From Orbicella franksi (Eukaryota), in the NCBI GenBank assembly GCA_964199315.1, contig OZ116705.1, forward strand, positions 12,524,001 to 12,588,000: a stretch of DNA of 64,000 nucleotides, written 5' to 3'. Numbering within the stretch: position 1 is the first letter of the stretch; each line of letters starts with the position of its first letter. The position numbers and the translations under genes were made by a program. Below, piece by piece: positions 37,001-47,408 of this stretch. The notes beneath the pieces were generated by a model. The model made no database searches. It was not told the DNA's origin and worked only from the letters and a program-made list of their open reading frames with translations.

Positions 37001-37998
37001 TTTGTATTTATATTTAGCTGCAGTTAACTAAAAAACAAAACTTAAAAAAATGACCAAATTTTAACATGAACATGGGATGTATAATGAGAAATCAGGATAG
37101 TTCTGGTACACTTTGGTAATGCAGCAGCAGTTGTAAATAAGCAGAGCACAGTCTGGTTACCATCCATAGTTCATTACAAGGATACACAGCACAGGTGACC
37201 TTGGTCTTTTGCATCTCAATATACGCTGAGCCCCTTGCCTGACTCACTACTCCCGATCGCAGAACTGATAATATAATTTACATAAAGAATAAATTTAATA
37301 CTGACATGCCAGTAAAACCACCTTAAACTTTGCACAAGCTAACTAAAATTCATTCAAATAATGATTTACAAATATTTCTTTGCAGCTATATTAGAATATA
37401 GTGTGCATAAAACTTGAATTGTCGTTCGAAACTTGCAACTGTTTACATGTAGACATCTGTAGTCTCATTGGAGAATCTTGTGGTGTTAAAATGACATAAT
37501 AGTCAATTTACCACCTTTACCCTTCTCAGGAATCAAACCATCCAGTGACTTTTCTAAATGTTCCTCCGACGAAGCGTTAAAGAAACACGAAAATGTCGCT
37601 TTTATGAGGGAGAGCTCATACCACCGCACACTTTAATATGACTGACGGTTCAGGAGACCAGGTTGATGCTCTTCGTGTTTAATACCTTTTTGAACCATGC
37701 ACCGATCTTTTACACTATGCTCTACTACTGTACCACCTTTACATGTGGTAGGTTTATGCTTTTGTTAATTAAATCACTTACATATCGGTCGAAGTTCGTC
37801 CACTTTTCGGCCATCTTTTCGCAATCCTTCGTTGCTTGTCTGGAAGGAAACAGCTTGAAATTATGAACTATGACAGCTTAGAATGTAAATATATGACAAT
37901 TAAATAGTTACCAGAGGATTCTCAAAGCATTTCTCGATTCCAGAAACAACTGGTTGCGTTTCTTCAGGACCAGCGATCCTTCTGCTATCAACAGGCAT
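34057..37998 (-). CDS. EXOSC6: Exosome complex component MTR3 (RNase PH fold), 267 aa, 11 exons
   Basis: Exons 37998-37912, 37839-37782, 37264-37186, 36891-36846, 36220-36155, 35834-35772, 35636-35576, 35083-34998, 34691-34647, 34400-34290, 34158-34057 (804 nt, all GT-AG, phases match). MPVDSRRIAGPEETQP start, GVVSQARGSAYIE, KFPKAQVDIYITVLENDG, ALGEAGIEMYD. Confidence 0.95.
34788..34885. repeat. Compound (AAC/AAT)n microsatellite in EXOSC6 intron 8
   Basis: Runs of aacaat and aat. Confidence 0.9.
36659..36835. repeat. Fold-back MITE-like inverted repeat in EXOSC6 intron 4
   Basis: cccatttcagacca...ctctagagaattctt pairs with aagaattctctagag...tggtctgaaatggg. Weaker pairing extends to ~36659/36835. 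Confidence 0.7.
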
Positions 37999-38224
37999 CG
38001 TGTTTCGACTCAAGTGTCAATTACTGCCAGGCGTTCCAACCTTGACGTGGGAAACTGGGTAATGAGTCAATTGGACTAATATTCCCACTAAGGAGGGGAG
38101 GAATGCGGAAAATTCGTCATTTCGGTTCAATCTTTTGACGCAGCCAAAATATGGCGTTGATTTTCGTGAGAAACATGGTATCAATTAAAGGAAAAGAAAG
38201 TTGGCCGTCGAATGGGATTCTGAG
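37999..38224. promoter_or_regulatory. Putative bidirectional promoter and first + strand exon, head-to-head with EXOSC6
   Basis: aaaatatggcg at ~38146-38156 and donor ctgag|gtaaag at 38224. Downstream acceptors at 39029 and 40011 lead to the NACHT copy A ATG. Confidence 0.4.
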
Positions 38225-39216
38225 GTAAAGATTTTATGGGTTGACTTCAGATTGCTTCATATACGTTGCGTGGTCGAAAGTTTGTTCCGGGCTGATGAAA
38301 TTGTTCAATATGCTTTAAGTATTGTGTTTATATGATGGAAAGGACAAAGCGCTACGCGATTTACAGTGTTCAATACTTTTGTGGAATGGAATCCGATGGT
38401 CAAATCAGTTAACTTTACAAAATTATGCATCAATCAAATAGAGATACCCCCAGGCATTTGCATTTTTTTTTTGTCCCTGGGGGTGGAAATATGACGTCAG
38501 TGGTTATTTGGGGGTGGGGCATTTCACATCATATGGGAGGGGTAGGGGTAATTTGCCTCAAAGTCATGGTTAAGTTAGCAGTCGTCAAGACAGCACCATT
38601 CTTTTCTATGCTGTGGCTTGCAAAGAAAAACTTTCCCAAGCTTTGGGCTGTGTTTAAAGATACATGATAGTTTCGTTTGTGAAAACTAAATACCTTGTGA
38701 CACAGAGATGTTTACAGTGTGTGCTCATGTTTTTTTTCCTTTCTAACACTCATTCTTTATCTTACCATGTATGTCCCAGGGGTAGGGGCATTTGATTGCC
38801 TAGCAGGAACCAAAAAGGTTGGGTATTTGAACATTATTTTTGGCTTGGGGGATGGTAATTGCACCAATAGAAAATTCAAACTTAGGAATGGCCGAGCGGG
38901 AGAGCTGGTTTCTTAGATTGTAATTTCATGGTGTTTGTCATTAGCTTGGCAGCCTGGGATGAGCCTGTAGTTAGATGCTTGTCTATTTTGTTTTCTTTCT
39001 TCCTTTTTCTTTTTTTCTTTCTTGCTCAGGTGCTCATTCCATACCTCCAGCAGCCTTACTGGTGATCCTGAGCCAGGATGTGGTCACCGGTGTGATCTTC
39101 CCAATTAAAATTTACTGACAAGAAGGTACCAATGCAACAAGCCACATTTGTTTCTCAGGTTTGACAATTTCATGTACTTGTTTATTTTTATGGAATACTT
39201 GTATGGTGTACATTAG

Positions 39217-39498
39217 GGGAGCCACAGTGGCCTTGTGGTTAGTATGCTGGACTCAAGAGTTGACAGATCACGTTTGAATCCTTGTTGGGGTCATTTTGTT
39301 GTGTTCTTGGATGAGGCACTTTACTCTGACAGTGCCTCTCTCCAACCAGTTATATATATTTAATGCTGTGGGTAATCCTACGATGGACTAGCATCCTATC
39401 CAGGGGGGAGTAGAAGGATTTCTAGTCACTGCATGTTTCTGAAACCAGATAAGCTTTCATTGTGATGGGACACAAGGCTTGAATGCAGATTTTACTTA
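39217..39498 (+). mobile_element. Near full-length tRNA-derived SINE
   Basis: Head gtggccttgtggttag (A-box) and gtttgaatcc (B-box), then body gtgttcttgg..gcactttactct and gatggactagcatcctatccagggggg, ending tttactta. Confidence 0.8.
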
Positions 39499-40060
39499 GT
39501 GTAAATTGGATCCTGTGTTTCAAACGTTTTAAGCTATTAATTGCGGCATAGGTGCAAATTAAAGTCCTGAGCTATGACAAGGTTTCTGCAACTTGAAAAG
39601 TTTACCATAATTTTTTAAGTTTCTCATTGTAATTCGTTATTAAAAATCTTCTCCATCCATAACCATCCTTGTTCTTTTATGGTTTATTATTATCTCTTTG
39701 CTGTTTTTCTACCTTAGTAAACTACCATTTTTTAGGTTTCACTTAAGGTATTCCTGGAGGCTAAAGTGACATTTTTGTTTTGCCAAAATTTTTTGTCCGC
39801 AGGCCAAAATTATTCAGAATGTCATGACTGAGCTCCTTCAAGTCAACATGTAGAGCATAACATTAAACAATAAAGGAAATTATAACTACCAGAGGACAAT
39901 TCTTGGTTGATATCAGACTGATAGAGTGAACAATTCACTGGTTACTGATGCTGGATTAAAACCATAATATGGGCGATTTATCCACTGAAACTGTTTTACT
40001 TTTCCATCAAGGTTCAACAAGAGTATACAACTGCTACAGGAATCTGACTAGAACACCAAC

Positions 40061-42880
40061 ATGACAACTGCTTCACCTTCACCCCTGGCCAGCTCTGTAG
40101 AAAAGACAAATGGAGCCAAGCTGAGCAGACTTCTTATTGATGGTGGAACTCAGGTTTTACGGAATGTCTTTGACAACTACCAACCTCCTGCAAAACTTGC
40201 TGCTGATCTCAATACCAGTTATTCAATTCTTAACAATCTCTTGCGTCGAAGAATCCTCAACATACTTCATTGGGACCAGCTGTTCCCTCCAAGTGGAGCC
40301 GCACCAGACTCCAACACTTTTGATATTACTCTTATATTCCTCCTTCTGGCCAACTTTTGTGGACTATCCCCTCCCCCGTTAGGTTGGCACACTATCCCCT
40401 CCTGCAACTGACACTTCCCTGGAGGCAAACCTCGCACGCATTAAGTTGTTCCGCAACGAGTTGTATGGTCATGTGTCTACCACTGGTGTCGATACACCAA
40501 CGTTCAATGCTCTCTGGCAGGAAATTAGTGCTGTTCTTCTTGCTCTTGGGCTGGATCAGGCAGAAATAGATAGATTAAAGGCAGAGAGCTTTGGAGAGAA
40601 AGATTATCTTGACGTGCTACTAGAATGGGCTGATAGTGAACAAGAATTCAAATCACAGCTGAAGCAACTGCGTCAGTTTCAGACTGAGACACGACAAGAT
40701 ATTGCGAAAGTCCTTCAGCATCAACTAGAAGATCGCAAAACTCTTGGAGGTAACTTTCCTAAGCTGGAGGAAGGTTATCGGATTGAAAACGAAACGCATC
40801 AAGCTACCAAGGAAGTTCGTCAGACTCAACTAGAGGACCACAAAACACTTCAGGACAGCATTTCCAAATTAGAAGGTGTATTCCAGACACAAATCAGAAC
40901 TCATCAAGCTGTTGAAGACGTGCACGAGGCTCTTCAAGCAGGTCTCCAAGAAGTCAAACAAGAGAATGAAGACTTAAAGAGAAAAAGACAGATGGATAGG
41001 ACAGATGATTTACTAAGGAAACTAACTATGTCCGAGTTCAAAGGGGACATTGAATACCATGCACAAAGATTCCAGGAGGGAACCCGTGAGTGGATCTTTA
41101 AAAGAGTCGAGGACTGGCTAGATGACAGAACGTCCCAAAACAGGGTGATGGTTGTCAGTGGCAATGCGGGCACAGGAAAATCTGTTATCTCTGCAGTGAT
41201 TTCCCAAAGAATGCAAGAAGCCGGAAGACTGTCAGGGAACCACTTTTGTCAGCATAACAATGCGCGTTACAGGAAACCTCAGTTGATGCTTCAGTCCTTG
41301 GCCTGTCATCTGACTTACACTTTACCAGAGTACAAGAATGCTCTTGTGGAACAGCTATCAAGAAATCTGGGAGTGGACCTCAACAGCATGGGCGTGGAGG
41401 AGCTCTTTGCCTTGCTTTTTAAGGAACCAATCAGCAGGGTGGGCGACCCAGGAAGAAACATCCTTATGGTCATAGACGGCCTAGACGAAAGCGAATATCA
41501 AGGACGAAATGAGCTGCTCGATGTGATTGCCAATCAGTTTTGGAAACTTCCACAGTGGATTCGATTTTTTGTGACAACCCGAACGGAAATAAACATTGCA
41601 GACAGCCTGAAACACTTGCAACCCATTGAGCTTCAAGAAAATCAGGAAGAGAACTTAAGAGATATTCAGATATTCTTTGAAATGCAACTGAATCATGAAA
41701 TTGAAGAAGAGTACAAAGATGTTCTCTTGAGGAAACTTCTTGAAACATCCGAAGGCGTCTTTCTTTATGCTTATTTCCTGATCGATTTCATCAAAAAGAA
41801 TGTTTCTCTTCTCAACCCAGAACAGTTGGAGAGCAGCTTACCATTGGGTATTTCATCAGTTTCATCAGATCTGGTGATCTGCTGAGCGTGCTAGACATTG
41901 AAGAGCGACCTTACAGTTTAGGAACCTGTGTGGGGCAGTCCCTTGTGGCCATTGGTTTATGGGGTAGATTGAAATTCGTGCATGTCGAGCTACCAAGGGT
42001 CAAGGACTCCGAAGGGAGGAAAGGTTTGTAATGCCTCCATATCCAGGTAAACTGCTACGAATGAATTCATGACAATAGCATAATCTTAAAGTACACCCAT
42101 GATCAAATTCTCGATATCCATTTTTTTTACATTTTCGTACACAATAGGTCTTTCCTAGACACCTTGCCAAATTCCAGTCTATTACGAACATTAGAACTCG
42201 CGTTTTTTGGACCTTTATTTCGGAGAATTTACGGCCGCCATTATTTTTCCTTGTTCCAAGTCTTGGTTGAGAATTTGAGTAAATGACGTCATTTTCTCAA
42301 AAATACCTCACGGGTCGAAATTATAATAACAATTAATACTGCAATTCCCATAAAGAATAACAAAAACTTTGGCTCTTATATTCGTGCAATTTTCTACTCT
42401 AATTGTTATTGCAATTTCAACCCGTGCGGTATTTTTGAGAACCTTGACACGGAAACCTTTAGTTTATATATTTCCTTGAAATCTTTCTGTGAGCAAAACC
42501 CAAGCTGCTAAGCGTTAAAAAAAATTGTTCACGAGTACTTTCTCGATTGCCCATGTTCAGATAGATATAATCAGCCCCGAGGGTTCCACTTGCTACGCAG
42601 TTTTTTTCGTTGAGGATCTCGGCTGTTGGGAGCAACGTGACGAGTCACAACGAAGTGGGAAGACTGACGTGAAAGGGCAAGACTGACGCTTGTTCACAGC
42701 CGTCTCTTTCAGGAGGGATAACCTTAAATCTGAGTATAAATCGAAATAGCCTCCTTTCAAGGTGTTCTTGGTCATCACCTTATTACGTGCAGTACTTTTG
42801 TACACACGGGTTAGAGTGTCAGGTTTACTGATCACTTCATGCCTCAATCTTTTCCAGGTTCCTTTACCAAGCACAGGTGA
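40061..42880 (+). pseudogene. Disrupted HEPN-coiled-coil-NACHT-(WD40) gene, copy A
   Basis: Paralog of 47409-53817. A +1 frameshift near 40400 gives a stop at 40411. NACHT Walker A GNAGTGKS and Walker B VIDGLDE are intact. At ~41862 the sequence jumps to the last WD repeat out of frame (stop 41885). Donor 42023 and terminal exon 42858-42880 are retained. Confidence 0.9.
42294..42441. mobile_element. MITE with ~41-bp TIRs in the copy A intron
   Basis: tctcaaaaatacctcacgggtcgaaattataataacaatta pairs with taattgttattgcaatttcaacccgtgcggtatttttgaga (4 mismatches). Confidence 0.75.
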
Positions 42881-43164
42881 ATTAGTCAAGGATGCTGTTC
42901 TTGATACAGTCAGTTACTGGAACGTCTGACACGAATTTCAGAGTTGTCGAGCGATTCCAGGAACTGATGACCGAAACATACAGAACATGCTGCTGTACAT
43001 TTCAGATGGAGCTTTTCCAAGGAACTTTTTGAATGAATTTTGTTTTCATATCACGCATTAAGAATCGAACTGCTTCGAACAGTTAAAATTTTTAAGGCAG
43101 TTTGACAACTCTAGTGGTTTTGATAGTAAAACTGAGATCAATTAATGGAATAGAACCGTTTAGT

Positions 43165-43660
43165 AATTAACAATTAGTTAATGAGCTCGAGATTTCTATG
43201 AGGTGATAGTTTATGAGGCCGAAGGCCGAATCAACTATCACCTCATAGAAATCGAGAGCGAATAATCTAATTGTTTCAGTAGAATTCTAACTTAAATTAA
43301 CGCAAAGAATGGTTTCCAAATATTTTTCGACGTATTATTGAACTTTACGCTTTAACAGAATCGCACGTATTGAATTGTCCTTGGTAAATTTGCAGTTGTT
43401 TACGCGCGCGCACCGGTTTTTCATAATTTCAAGTTTTTAAAGTCAAGAACCCGTTTATGTCCCTCTTTTTGTCTTCTCAGGAATATAGTTATCCATTTAC
43501 ATCTAAACTTGCTTCTAAAACTTCGGAAAAACGATGAAAACGTCGCATTTCGTGGACGACCGACAGCTACTGTATTCTAATGGCTGATAGTATACGAGTA
43601 GCTCAGCCAATCATATTGCAGCATTTGCATTAGTATACTAGTAGAATTCTACTAAATGTG
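43165..43660. repeat. Palindrome-bearing repeat (hairpin family copy iv)
   Basis: Perfect 21-bp arms 43191-43211 / 43233-43253 around tat-ga-ggcc-GAA-ggcc-ga-atc. ccaatcatattgcagcatt near 43607. A deleted relative lies at ~23940-24060. Confidence 0.8.
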
Positions 43661-45114
43661 ATTATTTGGAAAGGAATACTGAATCAGATACGTACTGAGA
43701 ACATTTTCGTCTTACTGACACACCTCAGAGCCATAGCACAGGATAACATGTAACAATATCAGAATGAAAACTTGAGTTGGATGATTGTGCACCGTAGCTG
43801 GAGTTCCAAAATTTGAAACCGAGAACGTAAGCCTCTCTGAAGTAATGTAAGTAACTTTTAAACAGACCATTGAAGTCATTTTGACTGTAACGCATTTCAG
43901 GACATTTGTTTACTTTTTCTTTTCCACTCCAGTGGAATACTGATGTAAAGTGATATTCGTTGATAAGAGTCAACCAAAACTGAATTGCATCCTTTTTTGT
44001 CAAATTTAGATCAATTCGGGCTTCATCCGTTACCTTTGTTGTCATTCAAGCTTTGACGTATAATTTGGAAACGAAAACATTGGCATTGCACTCATCAACC
44101 CGTGCCTAGAGCAGAGATCGCGTCTAACGAGCTCGCAGAAAGCGAACTAGACAAGGGTCATAATTGAATGTGGACTTAGTTTCTTGGGTATGTATTGAGT
44201 ATTCAACAATGGCTTAACGTAACAATTCTAATTTGTCTGCAAGACCTCGCCATAGCAACGGTCAAACAGAATATTTATCAAATGCATGCATTAACAGAAG
44301 TTTTCTAAGTCAACTAACTTCCAATAAGGATTTGTAACTTTTACATGGAGAAAAAATATATTTGACTTAACCGTGGCGTTAACTGCTCGGTTTTTCAGGT
44401 TCTCCACATCTTAACTGAGTAATCAGTCCTAGACGATCATGTAGGTCAGAAAAATAATTAACTTTGTATTGGTTATTTGTAACAAATAAAGTGTAGTGTC
44501 GATATTCCGTTTTCAAACCTAAAAGTGCCATATAGTGAAAGCTCTCTTGACAGAACTGGGCTCAAAATGGTTCATCTTGTTACCAGCGCTCCAACAAAAT
44601 CCGGTTTAAACTCCCATACAAATGTTATCATTTAACATTTCTGTATGGGACTATTCCCGTATATGCCTGCAAACTTTTTATTTGTAATTGCCTGTCATGA
44701 TCATTGAATGCCAATGGAGATCAACTATGGACCCTTGGTTCGGAAAACTAGTTCTCAACAGGACTGAAAAAGAGGCTGGTTACTGTGCAACTTTGGTAAT
44801 TTGGTATCACGGGTCTCTTGAACGAAAGAAGATCTTTGCGAGCTGAATGTTTTGCTTTGTTTATAAAATGGTACTCGATATATGTCGATCCACGCAGCCA
44901 TTTTTGTTTTTTTGTTTTTTGTTTTGTTTTTTTTTTGTACCAGTCCCCTTGATCCGTCTGTTTGTCACTATTCGTCCTAAGCCTCTTGATATGGATTTAT
45001 GTCGACTCACACAGGATGACTTATCCGCCTAACCATTTGAAACTTTTTAAAGACGAATAAATCGTCAGAAAACTTGTGCGTTCAGGCCATCAACAAAAGA
45101 CAAAAGCCCATTTT

Positions 45115-45260
45115 GCTCTGACCAAGGACTTACGCTCGAAACGTCAGCGTAACATTATCTCTATCGCGGTCAATTTACCTTTATCAACTTCAATGAATAG
45201 GTCAGTGTTTCATTTTCTCACTGACGCAGCCCAACGGTTTCTTTTATTAGAAACTACTTT
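45115..45260 (+). mobile_element. Non-autonomous Penelope-derived repeat with degenerate hammerhead
   Basis: GCU CUGACCA A GGAC-uuac-GCUC GAAAC GUC AGC at 45115-45148. Core G8 is C and stem II has a mismatch. Confidence 0.65.
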
Positions 45261-46474
45261 GTTATTTCTTAGTCAAGCGCAATCGCGCGGATCCAACCAT
45301 CAGTCACGTCTTTAATTTACTTTTAACGGAGCGAGACATCAAAAATGCAAATGTGGTCAGTCAGGATATTAACTGTACGTTCCATCCCACAGGGCTTGCC
45401 ATACCTATTCTAGATCGTTCTAACCGACAGCGGAAGAGGCAACAAGCACAGAATAGCTTGGAGACATCCACAGGCCATGGGACAAGCACAGATACCTAGA
45501 AAGGATGATTGTACCCTGGAGGAGACTGCATAGGATTCTTAAGGTAACACTGGCGTTGCTCTCGGTAACCTGGTTGAATGTTTTCTTTTGCCGGTCAATA
45601 CCTTTGTGATTATCATACATATTTCCTCTTAAAGCTTGGTTTAGACTTTAATTGAAACGCATCTTCGAAACATTTTCTTTTCCATTTTACCTGGCCTCTA
45701 GTTGGACGAGGTTCATTTGAAAAGTGGATAAAGTTGATAACAATCACTGAGAAACGATCATCTCAAGGAATTAAATATATTTGGTTGGCATGTCCACGAC
45801 ACAGACATTATCTCATGCATGAGCAAAATACTTGTAAATGTCCACGTCTTTGACGTTACCGCATTAGATAGATAGTAAGAAATGCATGAAACACAGTGAG
45901 AGCTGATCAAGAGACTGTGAAATTATAGAGAATTTGGCTTCCCCAGTAAAACAGCGAAAACGAGTGTTAAAACCATAAAGCTATAGCATGTTAAGGCGTT
46001 TCTCAGAATGCAAACTATGCATTTCTGCATGATTTAAGCAGATGAGACTTTTAATTCGCCTTTATTACATCCTAATGAGCTAAGATGCTTCTCTGGAGAT
46101 GTGTGAATAGTTCGAAGGAATCGAACAAGGTATCGTGTAGGACACAAAGAGTAGTCGAATTAAATTACCAGTTTGTGAACATAATTGGAATATTTAATTT
46201 ATGCACAAATGAGCTAGGATGATCGACAGTGCATGTTGATGGCAGCTGCATCAAATAGATTTAATTACGTACTCTTGAGTTTGTTTGGTACCTCAAAGTT
46301 GACAAAGGCCATCTTTACTTCATGATTTCGATTGCATGTAAAGACTCCGGTACATCTAAGGAGTCTGACTTTTTTCAATAAAGACTTCATTCATACATTC
46401 ATGCATATTAGAGTCTATGTTCATGGCTCAGTTGCATTGAACAAATTCAATTACGTACTCCTGAGTTTGTTCCG

Positions 46475-46953
46475 TACACTCTTTTTTTCTATAAGAATAT
46501 TGTTTTTGCAGTCGAAGCTCAATATTCTTGTTTTTCTGCCCATTTTAGGCTGAAATATTCTTGTGAATATTATTAGATTATAGTGTATGACATTTCTGTT
46601 TTCGAATGTATTTGGTGTCTGGATGGTGTTAAAGTGATTTTGGAGCCAGCCTGCAGGCATTAAAACCTGATATCACGCGCAGGACTTCTTGCAGAAATGT
46701 TATTAGCATCGAACATACGACTAGTGCTGTTTTTGTTGCGTTTTGGAAAGTTTTGCCATTTAGAGAAAGAAAGAATTTCATACGGTTTAGTTTAAAAAGT
46801 TTAATTGTTTTGTGTTTACAAATTTTCACAACACAAAATTGTATTCTTTTCAAAATCTCAGGCTCGAGAATATTCTGAAAATATTCTTAAAATTCCGCGA
46901 TTTCAGCCTGGATATTCTTATAAAACATAGTCTTATAAGAAAGAAAGAGTGTA
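46475..46953. mobile_element. TA-targeting MITE inserted in one copy of a ~190-bp tandem repeat
   Basis: TIRs tacactcttt..tataaga / tcttataagaaagaaagagtgta. The empty site ttggTAcctcaaag is preserved at 46289-46290. Confidence 0.85.
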
Positions 46954-47119
46954 CCTCAAAGTGGACAAAGCCCATTTATTTAACTTTTACACCGTGATTT
47001 AGAAAACCTATACCTGTGAATTTAGAAACTACACGCCACGTAGGGACTGTGTTGCAGGGTATAGTCAATATCAATATTTATGTGACAAACATAATGTTGA
47101 CAAACGAGCGAAAACCTTA

Positions 47120-47275
47120 CTTCTCGATTCTTTTGAATTCATATTAAAATAAGGTTGCCTAACCAGGAGAGAATCAAAATATAAAATACTACGTGCTTGG
47201 GGATCGGAGCCGTCGAAGGTTGGGTCCCGGCACTTGATTTCAATCGTCTCTATTATCTTTCTTCTGAGTCTGATG
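47120..47275 (-). mobile_element. Highly decayed Penelope GIY-YIG C-terminal fragment
   Basis: Minus frame RRKIIETIEIKCRDPTFDG resembles the RK.KEAI.I....P..NRD.G tail of the Penelope endonuclease. Confidence 0.4.
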
Positions 47276-47408
47276 ACCTCCATTGCAGTGATACTTGTAT
47301 TTTATTTGAAATTCTGAAAATGGCGAGATTAATCACTAACACTTTGTTGCCTACTAATTTAGATTCCGTATCATTAAAGAGGCTGCCTAATTGCATCCAG
47401 TCACCTCA

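Noticed and set aside
39217-39290. tRNA gene (also 24960-25025)
   Set aside because: A/B-box-like heads are degenerate, do not form a cloverleaf and continue into SINE bodies.
40390-40450. Programmed frameshift rescuing copy A
   Set aside because: No slippery heptamer or obvious stimulatory structure, and the gene also has an out-of-frame 2.8-kb deletion.
43725-44045. 106-aa orphan ORF between the NLR paralogs
   Set aside because: No recognisable motif, splice context or paralogous copy. A BLASTP/tBLASTn hit or RNA-seq coverage would reopen it.
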